Of a DNA stretch of 64,000 nucleotides, positions 52,922 to 64,000 are shown one piece after another. Below the pieces are notes generated by a model, which worked only from the letters and a program-made list of their open reading frames with translations, made no database searches and was not told the origin of the DNA. The translations under genes and the position numbers were made by a program. The DNA is from Eledone cirrhosa (lineage: Eukaryota), in contig OZ024747.1 in assembly GCA_964016885.1 (NCBI GenBank), positions 2,418,001-2,482,000 of the forward strand. Reading direction: 5' to 3'. Every line of letters starts with the position of its first letter. The first letter of the stretch is position 1.

Positions 52922-53117
52922 TACGAGGGTTGGTTAAAAAGTTCATAAGATGAAAACTTCAGAGGCTGACCAAGATACTCTCATGGAATGACGAAATGAG
53001 GTTTATTTTTCTACATAGTTCCTGGAAAGAAACAATGCAGTTATTAATAAGAAGAGTTGAAATTAATGCATGCAAGATTTCACAGCTCTAGAATCATTAT
53101 TCAGCCAACCCTTGTAT
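52922..53117 (+). mobile_element. Tc1/mariner-type MITE
   Basis: TA-cgagggttggttaaa ... ttcagccaacccttg-TA inverted ends; partial copy at 25300-25390. Confidence 0.8.
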
Positions 53118-53205
53118 TGTAATTAAGGCAGTAGATTGATAGAATCAGTAGAGTGACAGACAAAATGTTTTGTGGCATTTAGTTGCATACTTATTTGTTG
53201 AAAGG

Positions 53206-54522
53206 GGTGATGGTGGTGGTGGTGGTGGTGGTGGTGTTAGTAGTAGTGATGGTGGTGGTTATGGTGGTGGTGGAGATGGTGTTGGTAATAGTAGTAGTGA
53301 TGGTGGTGGTTATGGTGATGGTGGAGATGGTGTTGGTAATAGTAGTAGTGATGGTGGTGGTTATGGTGGTGGTGGAGATGGTGTTGGTAATAGTAGTAGT
53401 GGTGGTGGTGGTTATGGTGGTGGTGGAGATGGTGTTGGTAATAGTAGTAGTGATGGTGGTGGTTATGGTGGTGGTGGAGATGGTGTTGGTAATAGTAGTA
53501 GTGGTGGTTATGGTGGTGGTGGAGATGGTGTTGGTAATAGTAGTAGTGATGGTGGTGGTTATGGTGGTGGTGGAGATGGTGTTGGTAATAGTAGTAGTGG
53601 TGGTTATGGTGGTGGTGGAGATGGTGTTGGTAATAGTAGTAGTGGTGGTTATGGTGGTGGTGGAGATGGTGTTGGTAATAGTAGTAGTGATGGTGGTGGT
53701 TATGGTGGTGGTGGAGATGGTGTTGGTAATAGTAGTAGTGGTGGTTATGGTGGTGGTGGAGATGGTGTTGGTAATAGTAGTAGTGATGGTGGTGGTTATG
53801 GTGGTGGTGGAGATGGTGTTGGTAATAGTAGTAGTGGTGGTTATGGTGGTGGTGGAGATGGTGTTGGTAATAGTAGTAGTGGTGGTTATGGTGGTGGTGG
53901 AGATGGTGTTGGTAATAGTAGTAGTGATGGTGGTGGTTATGGTGGTGGTGGAGATGGTGTTGGTAATAGTAGTAGTGGTGGTTATGGTGGTGGTGGAGAT
54001 GGTGTTGGTAATAGTAGTAGTGATGGTGGTGGTTATGGTGGTGGTGGAGATGGTGTTGGTAATAGTAGTAGTGGTGGTTATGGTGGTGGTGGAGATGGTG
54101 TTGGTAATAGTAGTAGTGGTGGTTATGGTGGTGGTGGAGATGGTGTTGGTAATAGTAGTAGTGATGGTGGTGGTTATGGTGGTGGTGGAGATGGTGTTGG
54201 TAATAGTAGTAGTGGTGGTTATGGTGGTGGTGGAGATGGTGTTGGTAATAGTAGTAGTGATGGTGGTGGTTATGGTGGTGGTGGAGATGGTGTTGGTAAT
54301 AGTAGTAGTGGTGGTTATGGTGGTGGTGGAGATGGTGTTGGTAATAGTAGTAGTGATGGTGGTGGTTATGGTGGTGGTGGAGATGGTGTTGGTAATAGTA
54401 GTAGTGATGGTGGTGGTTATGGTGGTGGTGGAGATGGTGTTGGTAATAGTAGTAGTGATGGTGGTGGTTATGGTGGTGGTGGAGATGGTGTTGGTAATAG
54501 TAGTAGTGATGGTGGTGGTTAT
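53206..54522. repeat. GGT/AGT-derived 51/45-bp minisatellite
   Basis: Units gatggtgttggtaatagtagtagt[gatggt]ggtggttatggtggtggtgga; open in two plus-strand frames. Confidence 0.95.
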
Positions 54523-54811
54523 GCTAATACCAATCTTTTGTTGTAAGAAGGCTTTACAGAAATAAGATGGAACAGTATAAAAGATACAATATGTATCTTA
54601 TCACAGTTTAGTATCAATTTCTTACTAATTCTGTAAAAATCTTCTTTATACTAGAACTATTTAATTTGCTACAAATTACAGTCATATTCTACATTTTATT
54701 ACCTACAATCCCTCTCCAAAAAGTGTTACTAGTTTAAATGAAATACTTAATAAAAGTCTATTTTGTTACAAAAAAACTTCAGATACTAAACGAAAATAAT
54801 AAAACTACTAA

Positions 54812-55000
54812 TAATTGTTTCTACTTTTGGCACAAGGCCAGAAATTAACCAGTGCATTACTGGTACTTTATTTTATCGACCCCGTAAGGATGGAAGGCAA
54901 AGTTAACCTCGGTGGGATTTGAACTCAGATCGTAAAGGGCCGTAACTACGCTGGAAAGCATGTCCGACCCATTACCGATACTGCCAATTCACCGCCCTTA
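54812..55000 (-). mobile_element. SINE family 1, full-length
   Basis: Head-to-tail match; aaaactactaataat flanks both sides as a probable TSD. Confidence 0.9.
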
Positions 55001-55326
55001 AAACTACTAATAATATAAAACAGAGACTGTTGCATTCTTTGATTTAATTTTCCCACAGAAATCATTCCAACTATTTATTCTTTTCATTAATTTGTTATTT
55101 TTTATAGTAAAAATAATTCACATACAAAACCAAAAACATGACAAAAGTAAAAAACAGCGCAAATAAAAGCTCGTTGCCATTGTGTCTTGATCTTAAGTAT
55201 TCCTTTTTAGAATAGTTTAAACAATTGTTTCTTTTCTTTTGATATTACTATTATTTTCTTAGAAACACTCCCCAAATTGTGTTAATCATTCCAAGATTGA
55301 GGACCAGTACCTCTCTTACTGATAAC

Positions 55327-55360
55327 TGTTGTTGTTGTTTTTGTGGTGGTGGTGGTGGTT

Positions 55361-55391
<31 letters not shown>

Positions 55392-55650
55392 TTGTTACTG
55401 TTGTTGTTCTTGTGGTTATAGCTGTTGTTACTATTGTGGTTACTGTTGTTATTACTGTTGTTATTGTTGTTGTTACTGTTGTTATTGTTGTTACGTTATG
55501 CTATTCTTGTTGTTGTTATTGTTGTGGTTACTGTTGTTATTGTTGTTACTGTTTTTGTTATTGTTGTTATTGCTGTTGTTACTATTGTGGTTACCGTTGT
55601 TATTACTGTTGTTATTGTTGTTGTTACTGTTGTTATTGTTGTTACGTTAT
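55327..55650. repeat. (TTG/TTA/CTG)n compound microsatellite
   Basis: Direct reading; the Cys/Tyr-rich ORFs are artefacts. Confidence 0.95.
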
Positions 55651-56224
55651 GTATTGGATGTTTTAGATATTAGGTCGACAGTTTCTGATTTCAACACAAG
55701 ACCAACAATTTTGAGGGAGGGCAAAGTCACTTAAATCGACCCCAGTACATTACTGCTACTGTATTTTATTGACCCTGTAAGGATGAAGGCAAATCTAACC
55801 TTGGCAGGATTTGAATTCAGAACATAAAGGGCTGTAACTCTATGCCACAAATAATGTTGTCCAATGCTCTACCGATACTCCAATCTTCTGATCTTAATAA
55901 GGAATCCTAGTTTAGGCACAAGGCCAGCAATTTGTAGGGAGGGGAAAGTTGATTATATCGACCCAGTACATGACTGGTATATTATTTTCTCAACCTCAGA
56001 GAAGTGAAAAGAAAAGATGACCTTGGCGGGATTTGAACTCAGAACATAAAGGGTCATAGCTAAATGCTGCAAAGCATATTGTCTAATGTTCTAATGATTC
56101 TGCTTATGCACCTCCTTCATATTGGCTAAATAAGGATTTCTAATGTAAGCACAAGTCAGCAAATTTGGAGGAAGGGCAAAGTTGATTAAATCAACCCCAG
56201 TATGAGAATAGTACATTATTTTAT

Positions 56225-56545
56225 AGTGGATTGGCAGTATCGGTAGAGGGTCGGACACCATGCTAGGGCGGTGGATTGGCAGTATCGGTAGAGGGTCGGA
56301 CGCCATGCTAGGGCGGTGGATTGGCAGTATCGGTAGAGGGTCGGACGCCATGCTAGGGCGGTGGATTGGCAGTATCGGTAGAGGGTCGGACACCATGCTT
56401 TGCAGCATAGTTACGTCCCTTTATGATCTGAGTTCAAATCCCTCCAAGGTTGACTTTGCCTTTCATCCTTACGGGGTCGATAAAATAAAGTACCAGTAAT
56501 ACACTGGGTAATTTCTGGCCTTGTGCCTAAAGTAGAAACAATTAT
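56225..56545 (+). mobile_element. SINE family 1 with a four-fold tandem 45-bp head
   Basis: gggcggtggattggcagtatcggtagagggtcggac(a/g)ccatgcta x4 (first copy partial), then B box, core and tail. Confidence 0.9.
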
Positions 56546-57361
56546 TTTATAGATCCTGGAAAGATGAAAGGTAAAGATGGTGGAGGAGGGGGGTCAAGCT
56601 AGAGTATAAATTATTGGCTTAATAATAAATATTCTAATTATTGATTCTTATATACACTAAGGTTAAAACTGTAGTGTGTTTGTTCTTTCATCAAAACAAT
56701 GTAAAACAACATCCACAACAATGTTATCATTTTAAAGTACATATTTATCTTTAAAAAAGAAACTTTTAAATCCATGTTTAATGGAACTAGAGATCAAATG
56801 ATAACATCTGGAACAGTTAAATGTTGGATACAGAACTTTCATTTTTGTTTTGTTATTTCGTTTCAGTTTTATATATCTGCTATTAAATTGTGGTTTGAAA
56901 GTAGAATGAAGCACATCCATTGAAAATCTAAGGTCTAATCATTAAAGAAAAATGCATAAAGCCTTATATAGTTTCTGAGAGATGTTTCCATGGTCTGTGA
57001 GTAAATATACTCACAAAAACCATTGTTAATTCTTTATAATACTTAAAACTACATCTCTATATGAAAAACCATTGTCCTACATAAAAAAAAATTCTTAACA
57101 ATACATTTATCAGGATAAGGTTTTTTTAGATCTTGATTTTTCAGCTGATAAGCTATTGTCGCCAAGCAGTTATTTATGCCTTGTAACCTAACTATTGAAA
57201 ATGTATAACTAATAGATATAGATAGAAATATTCATAGGCTTTTTTTATATACCAATCAACTTTCATATATGCATGTGTATTTGTGTCTGTATGTATACAT
57301 ACAAATGTATATATATATATATATATACATACATACATATATATATGTGTATATATATATA

Positions 57362-57550
57362 TAATAATGAAATTATTGTGTAAAGTGCTCAGGTGCACTA
57401 CAACTCGTCAAAGGTGCATGTAGAGTACATAGAATAATATTCAAATGTCAGGGAAGTGAATGGTGTATGAGTCATGATAACCATGTGTGTATGTGCTTGG
57501 AGGGGGAACATTAGGTGTAGTGTTGGCGAATCTCTGGAAGCATGGAGGTT
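57362..57550 (-). mobile_element. CR1 3' tail copy
   Basis: Same orientation as, and similar to, 2820-3010. Confidence 0.85.
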
Positions 57551-57559
57551 ATATATGTG

Positions 57560-57900
57560 TGTGGAGGCACATGGCTTAGTGGTTAGAGAATTGGCCTTAC
57601 AATCGAAAGGTTGTGAGTTCAATTCTCAGACCAGGTGATGTGTTGTTTCCTTGAGCAAGGCACTTTATTTCACATTGCTCCAGTTTACTCAGCTGTAGAA
57701 ATGAGATGATAGCACTGGGGTCCCTATCATTCTACTGCAAAGTGGTCGTGGAGGTGCCACGGCAAAAAAGCACCCAGGACTCACTGTAAATGAGGTTGGT
57801 GTTAAGAAGGGCATCCAGCTGTAGAAATCAAGTCAGAATCAGTTCTCGTCCCACCCTTGCAAGCAGGGAAAAGCGAACGTAAAATGATGATGATGATGAT
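57560..57900 (+). mobile_element. tRNA-derived SINE family 2, full-length
   Basis: A box TGGCTTAGTGG, B box GAGTTCAATTC, central tccttgagcaaggcacttt, and an RTE-like tail ending in (GAT)n. Confidence 0.92.
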
Positions 57901-57905
57901 ATATA

Positions 57906-58822
57906 TCATTATCTATAAAAGGCAGAGTGTTGTTGTGTCTGTGTGTGCATGTTCCATGTTTATACATTTGCACAATTTCAAACCGATTCGACTCAAAGTC
58001 TGTAAGAATGTTGTAAATGGTCTAACTTAGGTCAACGACTATGTATTTCTTTCAAACTCACCCACAATTACGGAAATAATCGATAAAACTAAATACATGA
58101 CGCTTTACCTCCCTAATACAATCTGATTTTTTCTCTCTACTCCCCTTAAAATTCGATAAAACTACATACATGCTGCAACTTTCTCTTATATACGCTTAAA
58201 CTTACAAACTTCCTTTAGGAACACCGAAGAAAGAAGAGAGAAAAGCAACAGTATTCAACATGTATTCAACAACAAAAAAATAGCGATAAATCTTTTTAAA
58301 ACGAACGTGGAAGAAAGAAGTGTCAGTTTATTTACTATACACAATAATATCCTCTATGAGGTCACTAAACCTGCTAGAAACAGCAGCTAACTTTCCCCCA
58401 TATCACACCCCTCCCTACCGTCTTAAATTTAGAAAACACATATCCTCTATGAGGTCACTAAACCTGCTAGCAACAGCAGTTAACTCTCCCTCATATCACA
58501 CCCCTCCCTACTGTCTTAAATTTAGAAAACACACATTAGACAACCATGCAGAACAACTCCATCGCAGCTCTGTTGTTCGGCTGGCATCGTCTACGCGTGT
58601 GTTGCGCAAGATATGTGAAACAATAAATTTCAACACTTCTTTGCACAGAGATAATATTCATAGGCGAAACTACAATTGTCACTGCTGGCGCAACTGCTGC
58701 TTCGGCAGTCCAGGTCTGCAATTCATTCACCCAGTGCCTGGCAGACAAAAAAGTGCTGCCAAGTGGTGCAACCTAACTTTGGTAACTTACTAACCCCGAG
58801 CAACGCTGGGCTTTAATGCTAG
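57906..58822 (+). mobile_element. Non-autonomous Helitron
   Basis: 5' TC..tatctataaaaggcag; 3' GC hairpin cccgagc-aac-gctggg followed by CTAG|T. Contains an internal ~92-bp tandem duplication (58347-58532). Confidence 0.75.
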
Positions 58823-58839
58823 TATATATATAATGTTTA

Positions 58840-58895
58840 ATATAGAAATGGCTTCTACTGGACTACAACTGTTTCATTCAAAAGAAATCATGAGA
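58840..58895 (-). ncRNA. Degenerate hammerhead motif (family of 16821/40664)
   Basis: Minus strand tcATGA-tttcttttgaat-GAAACAG-ttgtagtc-caGTA-gaagcc. Confidence 0.55.
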
Positions 58896-60318
58896 ATTTT
58901 CCTATGGAGGTCATCCATCTTTTCATGCTGGTATGGGTTGGACAAGGAAGGAGACCTCGGGGATGAGAATGGGGAGAAGACTAAGCTTGGGGAGAGGAAA
59001 AAAGGAGAGGAAATGTGTGAGGGGAAGACTAGGTGAGGGAGGGGGTTTAGATTGTGGTGATGGAAGGGATCATATTGAGTGTAGGAGGGGAGACCTAAAT
59101 GTCATTTGAGCTCTCTAATTTTACTTCTATCCTCTCCATACACACTTCACCCCACAGGTGTGGGGAAAGTCTTCTCTAGTACAACATATTGTTACTTGCC
59201 TTAGTCATGTGACATCTTTGTAAGATTCAACTTCCTGTGGTTAGACTTTACCTCATCATCCCAACTTTTCCTTTGTCTACCTCTTCTGCAGTTTCAACAG
59301 TTTCTTTATGCAGCTCTCATCTTCCTTATACATCACATATCCATACCACAAGTCTTCTATCTTGTTCTATACTTCATCTAGTCTCTCTTATGCGCAGCTT
59401 TGCACTTAGTTCTCCCTTTCTATATATATGTATGTGTATATACATCTCTCTCTCTCTCTCTATATATATATATTTATATATATATATATAAATATGTTTA
59501 TATATCTATGTGTGTATATACATACATGTAAATATATATATGTACATATAGGTGTTTATACACACACATATATATATATATATATAAACAGACAAAGGGA
59601 GAAAGATCAACGAGTACTTTGACCTTTATAAATAAACTTCCAAAAATTCATGCTCGTTTTCAGACATTTTTTAACCTTCCAAATCAAATTACCACCCAAA
59701 ACGAATTATGTATATATGTATTACCTTTTATTCTGTAATCTATTTATTGAATGTAACAACCAACAACAATTGTATTTACCATTTACTTTTGTATAGCACT
59801 GTCTCGCTCAGAATAAAGTTTCAACAGAACAGCATATCTTTTATAAAAATCCAATAATTTCTTATTTACTTCCATTTACTTAATACTATTTATTTAAATT
59901 CACCAAAGCTTTATTTTATTTATCATCCTTCAAGGTTTCTTTAAGAAATCCTGATGTCCACAAAGATCTTCATTTTGTTTTTTTATTTTAAATCCAAAAC
60001 AACTCCCAGAGAATCTAGTAGTAAGTTTATAGACAACTTAAAGCAACAAAGTTGCTTTTTTTCACTTATATATATATTTTTGTTCTATTTATTCATTTAT
60101 GTTTCTGGGTTTTCTTCCTCTTCTTTTTGTTGAAGACAATTTTCTTTAAGATAAGTTTAAAGAAATTCTAAATTACATGACCAAAAATATACATATCATT
60201 CTTGACTCATTCTTTCTTTAAAATTTCTGATCAATTTTTCTATTAACAAACCTAAAGAAACTATTTTTTTCTTCTCTTTCTTATATATATATATATATAT
60301 ATATATACATAAATATAT

Positions 60319-60349
<31 letters not shown>

Positions 60350-61087
60350 AATATATATATATATGTTATTAATGTATAGAGCTTGTCAATGGAAAGATAA
60401 AAAAAAAAGAATTCTTCTTGTAAGAATAACAAGTTCTGTTAACCTCTTTTCCATTGTTGGAAGCACAATTCTTGTTGTCATGGTGAAGATAGTTCAGAAA
60501 TTTCCATTATCTAAAAAAAAAATGGGAGAAGAAAGAGAGATGAAGAGAGAGCTATTTCTATCTGGCTATTATTAGGTTATAGGTAAAACTTCGCTCATTT
60601 GGTGGAAATCTAGAAGCATTGCAAAAATTAGGCATTGTAGATTTATGCAGTTTTAATATTCTATATTTATTTATTTACTTATATTATTATACACCATTAT
60701 ATTTTATACACCATTATATTTTATACACCATTATATTTTATACATATATTTCTTTTACTTATCTATTTATATATTTCTTCTTACATTCTTTGCGTGTTTT
60801 TATATTTTTGGTATTTTCTTATTTGTTCTGCTGTTAAAACTAATTTAGGAAAAATTTATTTCATATGGTTTAGAAATATGAGGAAAATGATTTAATATGT
60901 AATATGATTAATTTCATCAAAAATTCTATATTCTAAAATTTTCAATTTACTTCTATATTTTGGAATAATTCATATTTTGAACAATAAATGATTAAAGTTT
61001 GGTACAATTAAATTTAATGCTGGAAATTATTCTTATTAAGAACTCTGTGTTCCAATTAAATAATATCGATCTTTCTCAGGAATGGAG

Positions 61088-61146
<59 letters not shown>

Positions 61147-61315
61147 GAGAGAGGTGGAGAGACAGACAGAGAGTTGGGAATTATTTATGTTTCTTGTAAT
61201 TCTCTCTTTAAAACTCCAGCTACATTCAATTACAGTTCAAATTATTCAGTAAGTGTAAAAATGTTATGATTACTTTCACTTCCATTTCTGGAAAATTCCA
61301 GCAATATATATATAT

Positions 61316-61641
61316 CATCATCATCATCATTTCATTTTACGTCCGCTTTTTCCCTGCTTGCAAGGGTGGGACAGGAACTGATTCTGGCTTGATTTCTACA
61401 GCTGGATGCCTTTCCTAACACCAACCTCATTTACAGTGAGTGCTGAGTGCTTTTTTTACCGTGGCACCTCCACGACCACTTTACAGTGGAATGATAGGGA
61501 CCCCAGTCCTATCATCTCATTTCTACAGCTGAGTAAACTGGAGCAATGTGAAATAAAGTGTCTTGCTCAAGGAAACAACACATCACCCGTTCTGAGAATT
61601 GAACTCACAACCTTTCGATTGCAAGGCTAATGCTCTAACCA
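61316..61641 (-). mobile_element. SINE family 2
   Basis: Reverse complement of 57575-57900. Confidence 0.9.
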
Positions 61642-61756
61642 CTATATATATATACATATATACATATATACATAACTGTGTATATATATATATATATATA
61701 CATATAAATGAAGTAATTCCGTTGGAATTATATATATTATATACATATATACATAA

Positions 61757-61802
<46 letters not shown>

Positions 61803-61803
61803 T

Positions 61804-61839
<36 letters not shown>

Positions 61840-61840
61840 A

Positions 61841-61872
<32 letters not shown>

Positions 61873-62774
61873 TCATATATATATATATATGTTTGTATGT
61901 GTGTCTGTGTGCGTTAGTTTTATATATGTACAAACATATACCTACACACATACTCACACATACGTATATATATATTTGTGTGTATGAGTATGCATATATA
62001 GAGAGCGGATCACATCAGATCTGTCCATGTGATCAAACCTACTTCTAACCCCAATATATTTTCTTTTGCCATCTTTCCCATGAGATTCTCCCTTAACATC
62101 TAATATGTTCACTAACAATCACACATTATCATCCTCCTCCATTTTAACATCTGCTGTCCCTGCTAGCAAGGATTAGGTGGTTCTACATAGATCAAGTTTG
62201 TAGTTACTGATCTCCCAGACAAGCCACGGATCTGTTGTCTTGCTTATGTTAATATGCCTCACTTGCTCTTTCCTAACATAAAACATTCATATTGCTATCC
62301 CCTCACCTTGATCATGCTGTTTTCTAATCATTCTGCTATGTAATCATACCAATCAACATATAGCTACAATTGTCTACTGCCCTCATGTCTTATCACTTTG
62401 TTTCTCCCTTTACAATCACACACATATCATAGAGACTACATGAAGTGGAGAGGACATTTTAAACCTGCATCAGAGAGATACGACCACTCCTCGAGTACTG
62501 ATGCCATAATAAAATGCACTTAGTACACCCTGTAACGTTGATGGTATGTGAATGGCAATGACATAAAGTATAGAAGTTTCCTAAGTTTTATCGAGGACAT
62601 AACAATCTCTGTAGTGAAAATGTTATGACAAAATACACCTAGTAATAAAGTAATTCAAGTTTGAAAGGACATCCAACCATAGAAACCAAGCCAAAACAGA
62701 GAAGGTGTGAAAAATAATTGGAAGTCCCACACATCTAAATGGGCACCAACTTTCAATAAGAAGTAGAAGTAGTT

Positions 62775-63290
62775 GATATTTTCTGTTACCTGGGTGACCA
62801 ACCAAATTAGCAGTGGAGGAGGATATTCTGAAAGTACATTAGTCAGAGTATGAAGGGGATGGAGAAAGTTCAGGGAGCTACTACCGCTGCTAACTACAAA
62901 ACACTTTTCTCTCAGAAGGGGAAGATTTTATGATGCTGTGTGCAGAGGGCCTGCGAAGATTGGAAAGAAATGAAGCTTGCATGCTTTGATGGATGTGTAA
63001 TAGTAATATATATATGTGAACGGCAAACCATGAGGGAAACTAGGCATAAGAGGGATCAGATGCAGTGTGCTAGAGAGGAGACTGCATTGGTATGGACACA
63101 TGATACATATGGAGGATGAGAGTTGTATAAAAAAGTGCAAGCCACTTAAAGTTGATGTAAGCTATGGACTACTAGGAAAACATGGGATGAGATGATAAAA
63201 GCTGACCTGGTACCATTGCACCTCTTGAAAGTGATGACACAAGATTGAGATCTTTGGTATTATGCAGTAATACAGAAGACATGCCTTCCC
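62775..63290 (+). mobile_element. Degraded RTE LINE copy, same family as 20598-21600
   Basis: Nucleotide match (gttacctgggtgac..agcagtggagga; aagagggatcagatgc; cattggtatggacac) with deletions and stops. Confidence 0.85.
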
Positions 63291-63569
63291 TTGAGCACGG
63301 GTTGAAGCATGCATCTAGAATACACCACTATCCCCTATCCTCCTTCCTCTACCAAACACCTCCCACACATTAACACTCCACCCACGTCATTGCACCCCTC
63401 CCTTCACCTAGATCTTCACACCCCCTGTCCCAGCTCCCAGTCCACATTGTAATGAGGTCATGTTGATGAAAAAGTGGTTGGCATTAGGAAGGGCATCCAG
63501 CCATAGACAACAAATGAAAAAGAGTTTTGTATGACAAAAACACGGTCACCTGACCTGGCGTATCTCATA

Positions 63570-63707
63570 CACCACCACCACCACCACCACCACCACCACC
63601 ACCACCACCACCACCACCACCACCACCACCACCACTACCACCCCACCACCACCAGCACCACCGTAACCACCACCACCACCACTACCAGCACCACCACCAG
63701 CAGGAGC

Positions 63708-63738
<31 letters not shown>

Positions 63739-64000
63739 GCACCTCCACCACCAACACCCTCACCACTATACCCCACACCTCCACTATGGTCTATAGTCCA
63801 ACACCCTCACCACTATACCACACACCTCCACTATGGTCTACAGTCCAACACCCTCACCACTATACCACACACCTCCACTATGGTCTATAGTCCAACACCC
63901 TCACCACTATACCACACACCTCCACTATGGTCTATAGTCCAACACCCTCACCACTATATCACACACCTCCACTATAGTCTATAGTCCAACACCCTCACCA
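63570..64000. repeat. (CCA)n microsatellite followed by a 47-bp minisatellite
   Basis: Unit ccaacaccctcaccactataccacacacctccactatggtctatagt, running to the window end. Confidence 0.95.

Noticed and set aside
55279-55734. Cys-rich metallothionein- or keratin-associated-like ORF
   Set aside because: Trinucleotide microsatellite read-through.
57560-57635. tRNA gene
   Set aside because: A and B boxes are present, but the sequence continues into a multicopy SINE body and has no proper acceptor stem.
60100-60520. Possible minus-strand exons after T-rich acceptors
   Set aside because: Early stops or no consistent donor in the frames tested, and no homology.

Overview
AT-rich animal genomic DNA that reads as intronic or intergenic, almost entirely microsatellites, minisatellites and transposon debris. 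From memory, the SINE families and repeat landscape resemble octopus/coleoid cephalopod DNA; this was not checked by search. No complete host gene can be supported. Nearly all ORFs in the track are translations of simple repeats, and only a few weak candidate exons remain. Recognisable elements: a CR1-type LINE 3' fragment plus three more copies of its 3' tail, several RTE-type fragments, an L1/Tx1-type 3' fragment, two Penelope-like (PLE) coding fragments, two abundant tRNA-derived SINE families, piggyBac-, mariner- and hAT-type MITEs, and a non-autonomous Helitron. The main hidden signal is roughly 15 type I hammerhead-ribozyme-like motifs (complete, degenerate or half) from at least six sequence families, mostly next to (TA)n tracts. 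Several are embedded in DNA palindromes whose symmetry centre falls on the loop of a predicted ribozyme helix (II or III). This suggests 5'-inverted PLE/retrozyme-like insertions generated by snap-back priming on the ribozyme hairpins. All RNA folds were made by eye, and coordinates of degraded elements are approximate.
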